From Eledone cirrhosa (Eukaryota): 64,000 nucleotides of DNA. Position 1 is the stretch's first letter. Every line of letters begins with the position of its first letter. The position numbers were made by a program, and so were the translations under genes. Under the pieces are notes generated by a model. The model saw only the letters and a program-made list of their open reading frames with translations. It was not told the origin of the DNA and made no database searches. The stretch lies in contig OZ024741.1 of the NCBI GenBank assembly GCA_964016885.1, forward strand, positions 386,260,001 to 386,324,000, read 5' to 3'. Below, piece after piece: positions 12,001-24,000 of the stretch.

Positions 12001-15000
12001 GGTGTGGAGTGGTGTGGTGTGGTGTGGTGTGGTGGGTTGTGGTGGGTTGTGGTGTGGTGTGGTGGGTTGTGGTGTGGTGTGGTGTGGTGTGGTGTGGTGG
12101 GTTGTGGTGTGGTGTGGTGTGCTGTGGTGGGTTGTGGTGTGGTGTAGTGTAGTGTGATGTGGTGTGGTGGGATGTGGTGTGGTGTGGTGTGGTGTGGTGT
12201 GGTGTGGTGTCTTGTGTTGTGTTGTGTTGTGTTGTGGTGTGTTATGTTATTTTATGTTGTGGTATGTTGTGGTGTGGTATGGTGTGGTGTGGTGTGGTGT
12301 GGTGTGGTGTGGTGGGCTGTGGTGTGGTGTGGTGTGGTGTGGTATGGTGTGGTGTGGTGTGGTGTGGTGTGGTGTGGTGTGGTGGGCTGTGGTGTGGTGT
12401 GGTGTGGTGTGGTGTGGTGTGGTGTGGTGTGGTGTGGTGTGCTGTGGTGTGGTGTGGTGTGGTGTGGTGTGGTGGGTTGTGGTATGGTGTGGTGTGGTGT
12501 GGCGTGGTGGGTTGTGGTGTGGTGGGGTGTGGTGTGATGTGAAGTGGTGTGGAGTGGTGTGGTGTGGTGGGGTGGGGTGGGGTGCGGTGAAGTGTGGTAT
12601 GGTGGGTTGTGGTGTGGTGTGGTGTGGTGTGGTGTGGTGGGTTGTGGTGTGGTGTGGTGTGGTGTGGTGGGTTGTGGTGTGGTGTGGTATGGTGGGCTGT
12701 AGAGTGGTGTGGTGGGTTGTGGTGTGGTGTGGTGTGGTGTGGTGGGTTGTGGTGTGGTGGGTTGTGGTGTTGTGTGGTGGGTTGTGGTGTAGTGTGGTGT
12801 GGTGTGGTGTGGTGGGTTGTGGCGTGGTGTGTGTGGTGTGGTGTGGTGTGGTGGGTTGAGTTGTGGTGTGGTGTGGTGTTGTGTGGTGTGGTGTGGTATG
12901 GTGTGGTATGTTGTGGTGTGGTATGGTGTGGTGTGGTGTGGTGTGGTGTGGTGTGGTGGGTTGTGGTATGGTGTGGTGTGGTGTGGTGGGTTGTGGTATG
13001 GTGTGGTGTGGTATGGTGTGGTATGTTGTGGTGTGGTGTGGTGTGGTGTGGTGTGGCGTGGTGTGGTGTGGTGGGTTGTGGTATGGTGTGGTGTGGTATG
13101 GTGTGGTATGTTGTGGTGTGGTGTGGTGTGGTGTGGTGTGGCGTGGTGTGGTGTGGTGGGTTGTGGTGTGGTGTGGTGTGGTGTGGTTTGGTGTGATGTG
13201 GTGTGGTGTGGAGTGGCATGGTGTGGTGTGGTGGGGTGGGGCGTGGTGTGGTGTGGTGTGGTGTGGTGTGGTATGGTGGGTTGTGGTGTCGTGTGGTATG
13301 GTGTGGTGTGGTGTGGTGGGTTGTGGTGTGGTGTGGTGTGGTGTGGTGGGTTGTGGTGTGGTGTGGTGTGGTCTGGTGGGTTGTGATGTGGTGTGGTGTG
13401 GTGTGGTGTGGTGTGGTGTGGTGTGGTGGGTTGTGGTGTGGTGTGATGTGGTGTGGTGTGGTGTGGTGTGGTGTGGTGGGGTGTGGTGTGGTGTGGTGTG
13501 GTGTGGTTGGTTGTGGTGTGGTGTGGTGTGGTGTGGTGTGGTGTGGTGTGGTGTGGTGGGTTGTGGTGTGGTGTGATGTGGTGTGGTGTGGTGTGGTGTG
13601 GTGTGGTGGGGTGTGGTGTGGTGTGGTGTGGTGTGGTGTGGTGTGGTGGGGTGTGGTGTGGTGTGGTGTGGTGTGGTTGGTTGTGGTGTGGTGTGGTGTG
13701 GTGGGTTGTGGTGTCGTGTGGAGTGGTGTGGTGGGTTGTGGTGGGTTGTGGTGGGTTGTGGTGTTGTGCTGTGGGTTGTGGTGTAGTGTGGTGTGGAGTG
13801 GTGTGGTGGGTTGTGGTGTGGTGTGTGGTGTGGTGTGGTCGGTTGAGTTGTGGTGTGGTATGGTGTGGTGTGGTGTGGTGTGGTGTGGTGTGGTGGGTTG
13901 TGGTGTGGTGTGGTGTGGTGTGGTGTGGTGTTGTGTGGTGTGCTGCGGTGTTGTGGTGTGGTGTGGTGTGTTGTGTTGTGTTGTGTTGTGTTGTGTTGTG
14001 TTGTGGTGTGGTGGGTTGTGGTGTGTTGTGTTGTGGTGTGGTGTGGTGTGGTGTGGTGTGGTGTGAAGGTTGTGGTGTGGTGTGGTATGGTATGGTGTGG
14101 TGTGCTGTGGTGTGTTGTGGTGTGGTGTCGTGTGGTGTGGTGTGATGGGTTGTGGTGGGTTGTGGTGTGGTGTGCTGGGTTGTGGTGTAGTGTGGTGTGG
14201 TGTGGTGTGGTGGGTTGTGGTGTGTGTGGTGTGGTGTGGCGTGGTGTTGCGTGGTGTGGTGTTGTTGTGTGGTGTGGTGTGGTGTGTCGTGTTGTGTTGT
14301 GTTGTGGTGTGGTGTGTTGTGGTGTGGTGTGTTGTGGTATGTTGTGTTGTGTTGTTGTGTGGTGTGGTATGTTGTGGTATGTTGTGTTGTGGTGTGGTGT
14401 GGTGTGTTGTGTTGTGTAGTGTTGTGGTGTTGTGTGGTGTGGTGCGTTGTGTTGTGTTGTGTTGTGGTGTGGTGTTGTGTGCTGTGGTTAGTTGGGTTGT
14501 GGTGTGTTGTGTTGTGGTGTGGTGTTTGTGTGGTGCGGTGTGGTATGTTGTGGTATGTTGTGGTCTGGTGTGGTGTGGTGTGCTGTGGTGCGGTGTGGTA
14601 TGTTGTGATATGTTGTGTTGTGTTGTGTTGTGTTGTGGTGTGGTGTGGTGTGGTGTGGTATGTTGTGGTATGTTGTGTTGTGTTGTGTTGTGTTGTGTTG
14701 TGTTGTGTAGTGTCGTGGTGTAGTGTGGTGAGGTGTGGTGTGGTATGTTGTGGTATGTTGTGTTGTGGTGTGGTGTGGTGTGGTGTGGTGTGGTGTGTTG
14801 TGTTTGGGTGTGTTGTGGTGTGGTGTAACGTGGTGTGGTGTGGTGTGGTGTGGTATGTTGTGGTATGTTGTGTTGTGGTGTGGTGTGGTGTGGTGTGGTA
14901 TGTTGTGGTATGTTGTGTTGTGGTGTGGTCTGGTGTGGTGTGGTATGCTGTGGTATGTTGTGTTGTGTTGTGGTGTGGTGTGGTGTGTTGTGTTATGTTG

Positions 15001-18000
15001 AGTTGTGTTGTGTCGCGTTGTGGTGTGGTGTGGTGTGGTGTGGTGTGTTGTGTTGTGGTGTGATGTGTCGTGTTGTGTTGTGGTGTGCTGTGTTGTGGTG
15101 TGATGTGTCGTGTTGTGTTGTGGTGTGCTGTGTTGTGGTATGGTGTGGTGTGGTGTGGTATATTGTGGTATGTTGTGTTGTGTAGTGGTGTGGTGTGGTG
15201 TGGTGTGGTGTGGTGTGGAGTGGTGTGGTGTGGTGTGGTGTGGTCGGTTGTGGTGGGTTGTGGTGTGGTGTGGTGGGTTGTGGTGTGGTGTGGTGTGGTG
15301 TGGTGTGGTGTGTTGGGTTGTGGTGTGGTTTGGTGTGGTGTGGTGTGGTGGGTTGTGGTGTGGTGTGGTGTGCTGTGGTGGGTTCTGGTGTGGTGTAGTG
15401 TAGTGTGATGTGGTGTGGTGGGATGTGGTGTGGTGTGGTGTGGTGTGGTGTGGTGTGGTGGGTTGTGGTGTGGTGTGGTGTGCTGTGGTGGGTTGTGGTG
15501 TGGTGTAGTGTAGTGTGATGTGGTGTGGTGGGATGTGGTGTGGTGTGGTGTGGTGTGGTGTGGTGTGGTGGGTTGTGGTGTGGTGTGGTGTGGTGTGGTG
15601 GGTTGTGGTGTGGTGGGTTGTGGTGGGTTGTGGTGTTGTGTGGTGGGTTGTGGTGTAGTGTGGTGTGGTGTGGTGTGGTATGGTGGGTTGTGGTGTGGTG
15701 TGGTGTGGTGTGGTGTGGTGGGTTGTGGTGGGTTGTGGTGTTGTGTGGTGGGTTGTGGTGTAGTGTGGTGTGGTGTGGTCTGGTGGGTTGTGGCGTGGTG
15801 TGTGTGGTGTGGTGTGGTGTGGTGGGTTGAGTTGTGGTGTGGTGTGGTGTTGTGTGGTGTGGTGTGGTATGGTGTGGTATGTTGTGGTGTGGTATGGTGT
15901 GGTGTGGTGTGGTGTGGTGTTGTGTGTGTGGTGTGGTGTGGTGTGGTGGGTTGTGGTATGGTGTAGTGTGGTGTGGTGTGGTGTGGTGTGGTGTGGTGGG
16001 TTGTGGTGTGGTGTGGTGTGGCCTGATGTGATGTGGTTTGGAGTGGTGTGGTATGGTGTGGTGTGGTGGTTTGTGGTGTGGTGTGGTGTGGTATGGTGGG
16101 TTGTGGTGTGGTGTGGTGTGGTGGGTTGTGGTGTGGTGTGGTGTGGTGGGGTGTGGTGTGGTGGGTTGTGGTGTGGTGTGGTGTGGTGTGGTGGGTTGTG
16201 GTGTGGTGTGGTGTGGTCTGGTGGGTTGTGATGTGGTGTGGTGTGGTGGGGTGTGGTGTGGTGTGGTGTGGTGTGGTGTGATGTGGTGTGGTGTGGTGTG
16301 GGGTGGTGTGATATGTTGTGGTGTGGTATGGTGTGGTGTGGTGGGTGGTGGTGTGGTGTGGTGTGGTGTGGTGGATTGTGGTGTGGTGTGGTGTGGTGTG
16401 GTGTGGTGTAGTGGGTTGTGGTGTGGTGTGGTGTGGTGTGGTGGGTTGTGGTGTGGTGTGGTGTGGTCTGGTGGGTTGTGATGTGGTGTGGTGTGGTGTG
16501 ATGGGGTGGGGTGTGGTGTGGCGTGGTGGGTTGTGGTGTGGTGTGGTGTGGTGTGGTGGGTTGTGGTGTAGTGTGGTGTGGTGTGGTGTGGTGTGGTGTG
16601 TTGGGTTGTGGTGTGGTGTGGTGTGGTGTGGTGGGTTGTGGTGTGGTGTGGTGTGGTGTGGTGTAGTGTGGTGGTTGTGGTGTGGTGTGGTGTGGCGGGT
16701 TGTGGTGTAGTATGGTGTGGTGGGGTGTAGTGCGTTGTGGTGTGGTGTGGTATCGTGTGGTGTGGTGTGGTGTGGTGTGGTGGGTTGTGGTGTAGTGTGG
16801 TGTGGTGTGGTGGGTTGTGGTGTGTTGTGGTGTTGTGTGCTGTGGTGTATTGGGTTGTGGTGTGTTGGGTTGTGGTGTGGTGTTTGTGTGGTGTTGTATG
16901 TTGTGGTATGTTGTGTTGTGGTGTGGTGTGGTGTGGTGTGGTATGTTGTGGTATGATGTGTTGTGTTGTGGTGTGGTGTGGTGTGGTGTGTTGTGTTATG
17001 TTGAGTTGTGTTGTGTCGCGTTGTTGTGTGTTGTGGTGTGGTGTAGTGTGGTGTGGTGTGGTGTGTTGTGTTGTGTTGTGTTGTGTTGTGGTATGGTGTG
17101 GTGTGGTTTTGGTATATTGTGGTATGTTGTGTTGTGTAGTGGTGTGGTGCGGTGCGGTGTGGTGTGTTGTGGTGTGTTGTGTTGTGGTGTGGTGTGGTGT
17201 GGTGTGGTGTGGTGTCTTGTGTTGTGTTGTGTTGTGTTGTGTTGTGTTGTGTTGTGGTGTGTTGTGTTGTGTGGTGTTGTGGTATGTTGTGGTGTGGTAT
17301 GGTGTGGTATGTTGTGGTGTGGTATGGTGTGGTGTGGTGGGTTGTGGTGTGGTGTGGTGTGGTGTGTTGGGTTGTGGTGTGGTGTGGTGTGGTGTGGTGT
17401 GGTGTGGTGTGGTGGGTTGTGGTGTGGTGTGGTGTGGTGTGGTGGGTTGTGGTGTGGTGTGGTGTGGTGGGTTGTGGTGGGTTGTGATGTGGTGTGGTGT
17501 GGTGTGGTGGGGTGTGGTGTGGTGTGGTGTGGTGGGTTGTGGTGTGGTGTGATGTGGTGTGGTGTGGTGTGGTGTGGTGTGGTGTGGTATGTTGTGGTGT
17601 GGTATGGTGTGGTGTGGTCGGTTGTGGTGTGGTGTGGTGTGGTGTGGAGGGTTGTGGTGTGGTGTGGTGTGGTGTGGTGTGGTGGGTTGTGGTGTGGTGT
17701 GGCGTGGTGTGGTGGGTTGTGGTGTGGTGTGGTGTGGTGTGGTGGGTTGTGGTGGGTTGTGGTGTTGTGCTGTGGGTTGTGGTGTAGTGTGGTGTGGAGT
17801 GGTGTGGTGGGTTGTGGTGTGGTGTGTGGTGTGGTGTGGTCGGTTGAGTTGTGGTGTGGTATGGTATGGTGTGGTGTGGTGTGGTGTGGTGGGTTGTGGT
17901 GTGGTGTGGTGTGGTGTGCTGTGGTGTTGTGTGGTGTGGTGCAGTGTTGTGGTGTGGTGTGGTGTGGTGTGTTGTGTTGTGTTGTGTTGTGTTGTGTTGG

Positions 18001-21000
18001 GTTGTGGTGTGGTGGGTTGTGGTGTGTTGTGTTGTGGTGTGGTGTGGTGTGGCGTGGTGTGGAGGTTGTGGTGTGGTGTGGTATGGTATGGTGTGGTGTG
18101 CTGTGGTGTGTTGTGGTGTGGTGTCGTGTGGTGTTTTGTGATGGGTTGTGGTGGGTTGTGGTGTGGTGTAGTGTGGTGTGGTGTGGTGTGGTGGGTTGTG
18201 GTGTGTGTGGTGTGGTGTGGTGTGGTGTTGTGTGGTGTGGTGTGGTGTGGTGTGGTGTGTTGTGTTGTGTTGTGTTGTGGTGTGGTGTGGTATGTTGTGG
18301 TATGTTGTGTTGTGGTGTGGGGTGGTGTGTTGTGTTGTGTTGTATTGTGGTGTGGTGTGGTGTGGTGTGTTGTGTTGTGTTGTGTTGTGGTGTGGTGTGT
18401 TGTGGTGTGGTGTGTTGTGGTATGTTGTGTTGTGTTGTGGTGTGGTATGTTGTGGTATGTTGTGTTGTGGTGTGGTGTGGTGTGGTGTGTTGTGTTGTGT
18501 AGTGTTGTGGTGTTGTGTGGTGTGGTGCGTTGTGTTGTGTTGTGTTGTGGTGTTGTGTGCTGTGGTTAGTTGGGTTGTGGTGTGTTGTGTTGTGGTGTGG
18601 TGTTTGTGTGGTGTGGTGTGGTATGTTGTGGTATGTTGTGGTCTGGTGTGGTGTGGTGTGCTGTGGTGCGGTGTGGTATGTTGTGGTATGTTGTGTTGTG
18701 TTGTGTTGTGGTGTGGTGTGGTGTGGTGTGGTATGTTGTGGTATGTTGTGTTGTGTTGTGTTGTGGTGTGGTGTGGTGTGGTGTGGTATGTTGTGGTATG
18801 TTGTGTTGTGTTGTGTTGTGTTGTGTTGTGGTGTGTTGTGGTGTGGTGTAGTGTGGTGTGGTGTGCTGTGTTGCGGTGTGTTGTGTTGTGTAGTGTCGTG
18901 GTGTAGTGTGGTGAGGTGTGGTGTGGTATGTTGTGGTATGTTGTGTTGTGGTGTGGTGTGGTGTGGTGTGGTGTGGTGTGGTGTGTTGTGTTGTGTTGTG
19001 GTGTGGTGTGGTGTGGTATGTTGTGGTATGTTGTGTTGTGTTGTGGTGTGGTGTGGTGTGTTGTGTTATGTTGAGTTGTGTTGTGGTGTGGTGTGGTGTG
19101 GTGTGGTGTGGTGTGGTGTGTTGTGTTGTGGTGTGATGTGTCGTGTTGTGTTGTGGTGTGTTGTGTTGTGGTATGGTGTGGTGTGGTGTGGTGTGGTATA
19201 TTGTGGTATGTTGTGTTGTGTAGTGGTGTGGTGTGGTGTGTTGTGGTGTGGTATGGTGTGGTGTGGTGTGGTGTGGTGTGGTGTGGTGGGCTGTGGTGTG
19301 GTGTGGTGTGGTGTGGTGTGCTGTGGTGTGGTGTGGTGTGGTGTGGTGGGTTGTGGTATGGTGTGGTGTGGTGTGGTGTGGCGTGGTGGGTTGTGATGTG
19401 GTGTGGTGTGGTGTGATGTGAAGTGGTGTGGAGTGGTGTGGTGTGGTGGGGTGGGGTGTGGTGCGGTGAAGCCTGGTATGGTGGGTTGTGGTGTGGTGTG
19501 GTGTGGTGTGGTGTGGTGGGTTGTGGTGTGGTGTGGTGTGGTGTGGTGGGTTGTGGTGTGGTGTGGTGGGTTGTGGTGGGTTGTGGTGTTGTGTGGTGGG
19601 TTGTGGTGTAGTGTGGTGTGGTGTGGTGTGGTGTGTTGTGGCGTGGTGTGTGTGGTGTGGTGTGGTGGGTTGAGTTGTGGTGTGGTGTGGTGTTGTGTCG
19701 TTTGGTGTGGTATGGTGTGGTATGTTGTGGTGTGGTATGGTGTGGTGTGGTGTGGTGTGGTGTGGTGTGGTGGGTTGTGGTGCGGTGTGGTGTGGCCTGA
19801 TGTGATGTGGTTTGGAGTGGTGTGGTATGGTGTGGTGTGGTGGTTTGTGGTGTGGTGTGGTGTGGTATGGTGGGTTGTGGTGTGGTGTGGTGTGGTGTGG
19901 TGGGTTGTGGTGTGGTGTGGTGTGGTGTGGTGTGGTGTGGTGGGTTGTGGTGTGGTGTGGTGTGGTGTGGTGTAGTGTGGTGGTTGTGGTGTGGTGTGGT
20001 GTGGCGGGTTGTGGTGTGGTATGGTGTGGTGGGGTGTAGTGCGTTGTGGTGTGGTGTGGTATCGTGTGGTGTGGTGTGGTATGTTGTGGTGGGTTGTGGT
20101 GTTGTGTGCTGGGTTGTGGTGTAGTGTGCTGTGGTGTGGTGTGGTGTGGTGGGTTGTGGTGTGGTGTGTGTGGTGTGGTGTGGTGTGGGGTGGTGTTGTG
20201 TGGTGTGGTGTAGTGTGTTATGTTGTGTGGTGTCTTGTGTTGTGTTGTGTTGTGTTGTGTTGTGTTGTGTTGTGTTGTGGTGTGTTATGTTGTGTGGTGT
20301 TGTGGTTTGTTGTGGTGTGGTATGGTGTGGTATGTTGTGGTGTGGTATGGTGTGGTCTGGTGTGGTGTGGTGTGGTGTGGTGTGGTGTGGTGTGGTGTGG
20401 TGGGTTGTGGTGTGGTGTGGTATCGTGTGGTATGTTGTAGTGTGGTATGGTGTGGTGTGGTGTGGTGTGGTGTGGTGTGCTGCGATGTGGTGTGGTGTGG
20501 TGGATTGATGTGTGGTGTGGTGTGGTGTTGTGTGTGTGGTGTGGTGTGGTGTGGTGTGGTGTGGTGGGTTGTGGTATGGTGTGGTGTGGTGTGGCGTGGT
20601 GTGGTGTGGTGGGTTGTGGTGTGATGTGGTGTGGTGTGGAGTGGCATGGTGTGGTGTGGTGGGGTGGGGCGTGGTGTGGTGTGGTGGGGTGGGGCGTGGT
20701 ATGGTGGGTTGTGGTGTGGTGTGGTGTGGTGTGGTGGGTTGTGGTGTGGTGTGGTGTGGTCTGGTGGGTTGTGACGTGGTGTGGTGTGGTGTGGTGTGGT
20801 GTGGTGTGGTGTGATGTGGTGGGTTGTGGTGTGGTGTGGTGTGGTGTGGTGTGGTGTGGTGTGGTGTGGTGGGGTGTGGTGTGGTGTGGTGTGATGTGGT
20901 GTGGTGTGGTGTGGTGTGGTGTGGTGTGGTGTGATGTGGTGTGGTGTGGTGTGGTGTGGTGTGGTGGGGTGTGGTGTGGTGTGGTGTGATGTGGTGGGTT

Positions 21001-24000
21001 GTGGTGTGGTGTGGTGTGGTGTGGTGTGGTGTGGTGGGTTGTGGTGTGGTGTGGTGTGGTGTGGTGGGTTGTGGTGTGGTGTGGTGTGGTCTGGTGGGTT
21101 GTGACGTGGTGTGGTGTGGTGTGGTGTGGTGTGGTGTGGTGTGATGTGGTGGGTTGTGGTGTGGTGTGGTGTGGTGTGGTGTGGTGTGGTGTGGTGTGGT
21201 GGGGTGTGGTGTGGTGTGGTGTGATGTGGTGTGGTGTGGTGTGGTGTGGTGTGGTGTGGTGTGATGTGGTGTGGTGTGGTGTGGTGTGGTGTGGTGGGGT
21301 GTGGTGTGGTGTGGTGTGGTGTGGTGTGGTTGGTTGTGGTGTGGTGTGGTGTGGTGGGTTGTGGTGTTGTGTGGAGTGGTGTGGTGGGTTGTGGTGGGTT
21401 GTGGTGGGTTGTGGTGTTGTGCTGTGGGTTGTGGTGTAGTGGGGTGTGGAGTGGTGTGGTGGGTTGTGGTGTGGTGTGTGGTGTGGTGTGGTCGGTTGAG
21501 TTGTGGTGTGGTATGGTGTGGTGTGGTGTGGTGTGGTGTGGTGTGGTGGGTTGTGGTGTGGTGTGGTGTGGTGTGGTGTTGTGTGGTGTAGTGTGGTGTG
21601 GTGTGGTGTGGTGGGTTGTGGCGTGGTGTGTGTGGTGTGGTGTGGTGTGGTGGGTTGAGTTGTGGTGTGGTGTGGTGTTGTGTGGTGTGGTGTGGTATGG
21701 TGTGGTGTGGTGTGGTGTGGTGTGGTGGGTTGTGGTATGGTGTGGTGTGGTGTGGCGTGGTGTGGTGTGGTGGGTTGTGGTGTGGTGTGGTGTGGTGTGG
21801 TTTGGTGTGATGTGGTGTGGTGTGGAGTGGCATGGTGTGGTGTGGTGGGGTGGGGCGTGGTGTGGTGTGGTGTGGTGTGGTGTGGTATGCTGGGTTGTGG
21901 TGTCGTGTGGTATGGTGTGGTGTGGTGTGGTGGGTTGTGGTGTGGTGTGGTGTGGTGTGGTGGGTTGTGGTGTGGTGTGGTGTGGTCTGGTGGGTTGTGA
22001 TGTGGTGTGGTGTGGTGTGGTGTGGTGTGGTGTGGTGTGGTGGGTTGTGGTGTGGTGTGGTGTGGTCTGGTGGGTTGTGGTGTGGTGTGATGTGGTGTGG
22101 TGTGGTGTGGTGTGGTGGGGTGTGGTGTGGAGGGGTGTGGTGTGGTGTGGTGTGGTGGGGTGTGGTGTGGTGTGGTGTGGTGTGGTGTGGTGTGGTTGGT
22201 TGTGGTGTGGTGTGGTGTGGTGGGTTGTGGTGTCGTGTGGAGTGGTGTGGTGGGTTGTGGTGGGTTGTGGTGGGTTGTGGTGTTGTGCTGTGGGTTGTGG
22301 TGTAGTGTGGTGTGGAGTGGTGTGGTGGGTTGTGGTGTGGTGTGTCGTGTGGTGTGGTCGGTTGAGTTGTGGTGTGGTATGGTGTGGTGTGGTGTGGTGT
22401 GGTGTGGTGGGTTGTGGTGTGGTGTGGTGTGGTGTGGTGTGGTGTTGTGTGGTGTGCTGCGGTGTTGTGGTGTGGTGTGGTGTGTTGTGTTGTGTTGTGT
22501 TGTGTTGTGTTGTGTTGTGGTGTGGTGGGTTGTGGTGTGTTGTGTTGTGGTGTGGTGTGGTGTGGTGTGGTGTGGTGTGAAGGTTGTGGTGTGGTGTGGT
22601 ATGGTATGGTGTGGTGTGCTGTGGTGTGTTGTGGTGTGGTGTCGTGTGGTGTGGTGTGATGGGTTGTGGTGGGTTGTGGTGTGGTGTGCTGGGTTGTGGT
22701 GTAGTGTGGTGTGGTGTGGTGTGGTGGGTTGTGGTGTGTGTGGTGTGGTGTGGCGTGGTGTTGCGTGGTGTGGTGTTGTTGTGTGGTGTGGTGTGGTGTG
22801 TCGTGTTGTGTTGTGTTGTGGTGTGGTGTGTTGTGGTGTGGTGTGTTGTGGTATGTTGTGTTGTGTTGTTGTGTGGTGTGGTATGTTGTGGTATGTTGTG
22901 TTGTGGTGTGGTGTGGTGTGTTGTGTTGTGTAGTGTTGTGGTGTTGTGTGGTGTGGTGCGTTGTGTTGTGTTGTGTTGTGGTGTGGTGTTGTGTGCTGTG
23001 GTTAGTTGGGTTGTGGTGTGTTGTGTTGTGGTGTGGTGTTTGTGTGGTGCGGTGTGGTATGTTGTGGTATGTTGTGGTCTGGTGTGGTGTGGTGTGCTGT
23101 GGTGCGGTGTGGTATGTTGTGATATGTTGTGTTGTGTTGTGTTGTGTTGTGGTGTGGTGTGGTGTGGTGTGGTATGTTGTGGTATGTTGTGTTGTGTTGT
23201 GTTGTGTTGTGTTGTGTTGTGTAGTGTCGTGGTGTAGTGTGGTGAGGTGTGGTGTGGTATGTTGTGGTATGTTGTGTTGTGGTGTGGTGTGGTGTGGTGT
23301 GGTGTGGTGTGTTGTGTTTGGGTGTGTTGTGGTGTGGTGTAACGTGGTGTGGTGTGGTGTGGTATGTTGTGGTATGTTGTGTTGTGGTGTGGTCTGGTGT
23401 GGTGTGGTGTGGTGTGTTGTGTTTGGGTGTGTTGTGGTGTGGTGTAACGTGGTGTGGTGTGGTGTGGTATGCTGTGGTATGTTGTGTTGTGTTGTGGTGT
23501 GGTGTGGTGTGGTGTGATATGCTGTGGTATGTTGTGTTGTGTTGTGGTGTGGTGTGGTGTGTTGTGTTATGTTGAGTTGTGTTGTGTCGCGTTGTGGTGT
23601 GGTGTGGTGTGGTGTGTTGTGTTGTGGTGTGATGTGTCGTGTTGTGTTGTGGTGTGCTGTGTTGTGGTATGGTGTGGTGTGGTGTGGTATATTGTGGTAT
23701 GTTGTGTTGTGTAGTGGTGTGGTGTGGTGTGGTGTGGTGTGGTGTGGAGTGGTGTGGTGTGGTGTGGTGTGGTCGGTTCTGGTGGGTTGTGGTGTGGTGT
23801 GGTGGGTTGTGGTGTGGTGTGGTGTGGTGTGGTGTGGTGTGTTGGGTTGTGGTGTGGTTTGGTGTGGTGTGGTGTGGTGGGTTGTGGTGTGGTGTGGTGT
23901 GCTGTGGTGGGTTCTGGTGTGGTGTAGTGTAGTGTGATGTGGTGTGGTGGGATGTGGTGTGGTGTGGTGTGGTGTGGTGTGGTGTCTTGTGTTGTGTTGT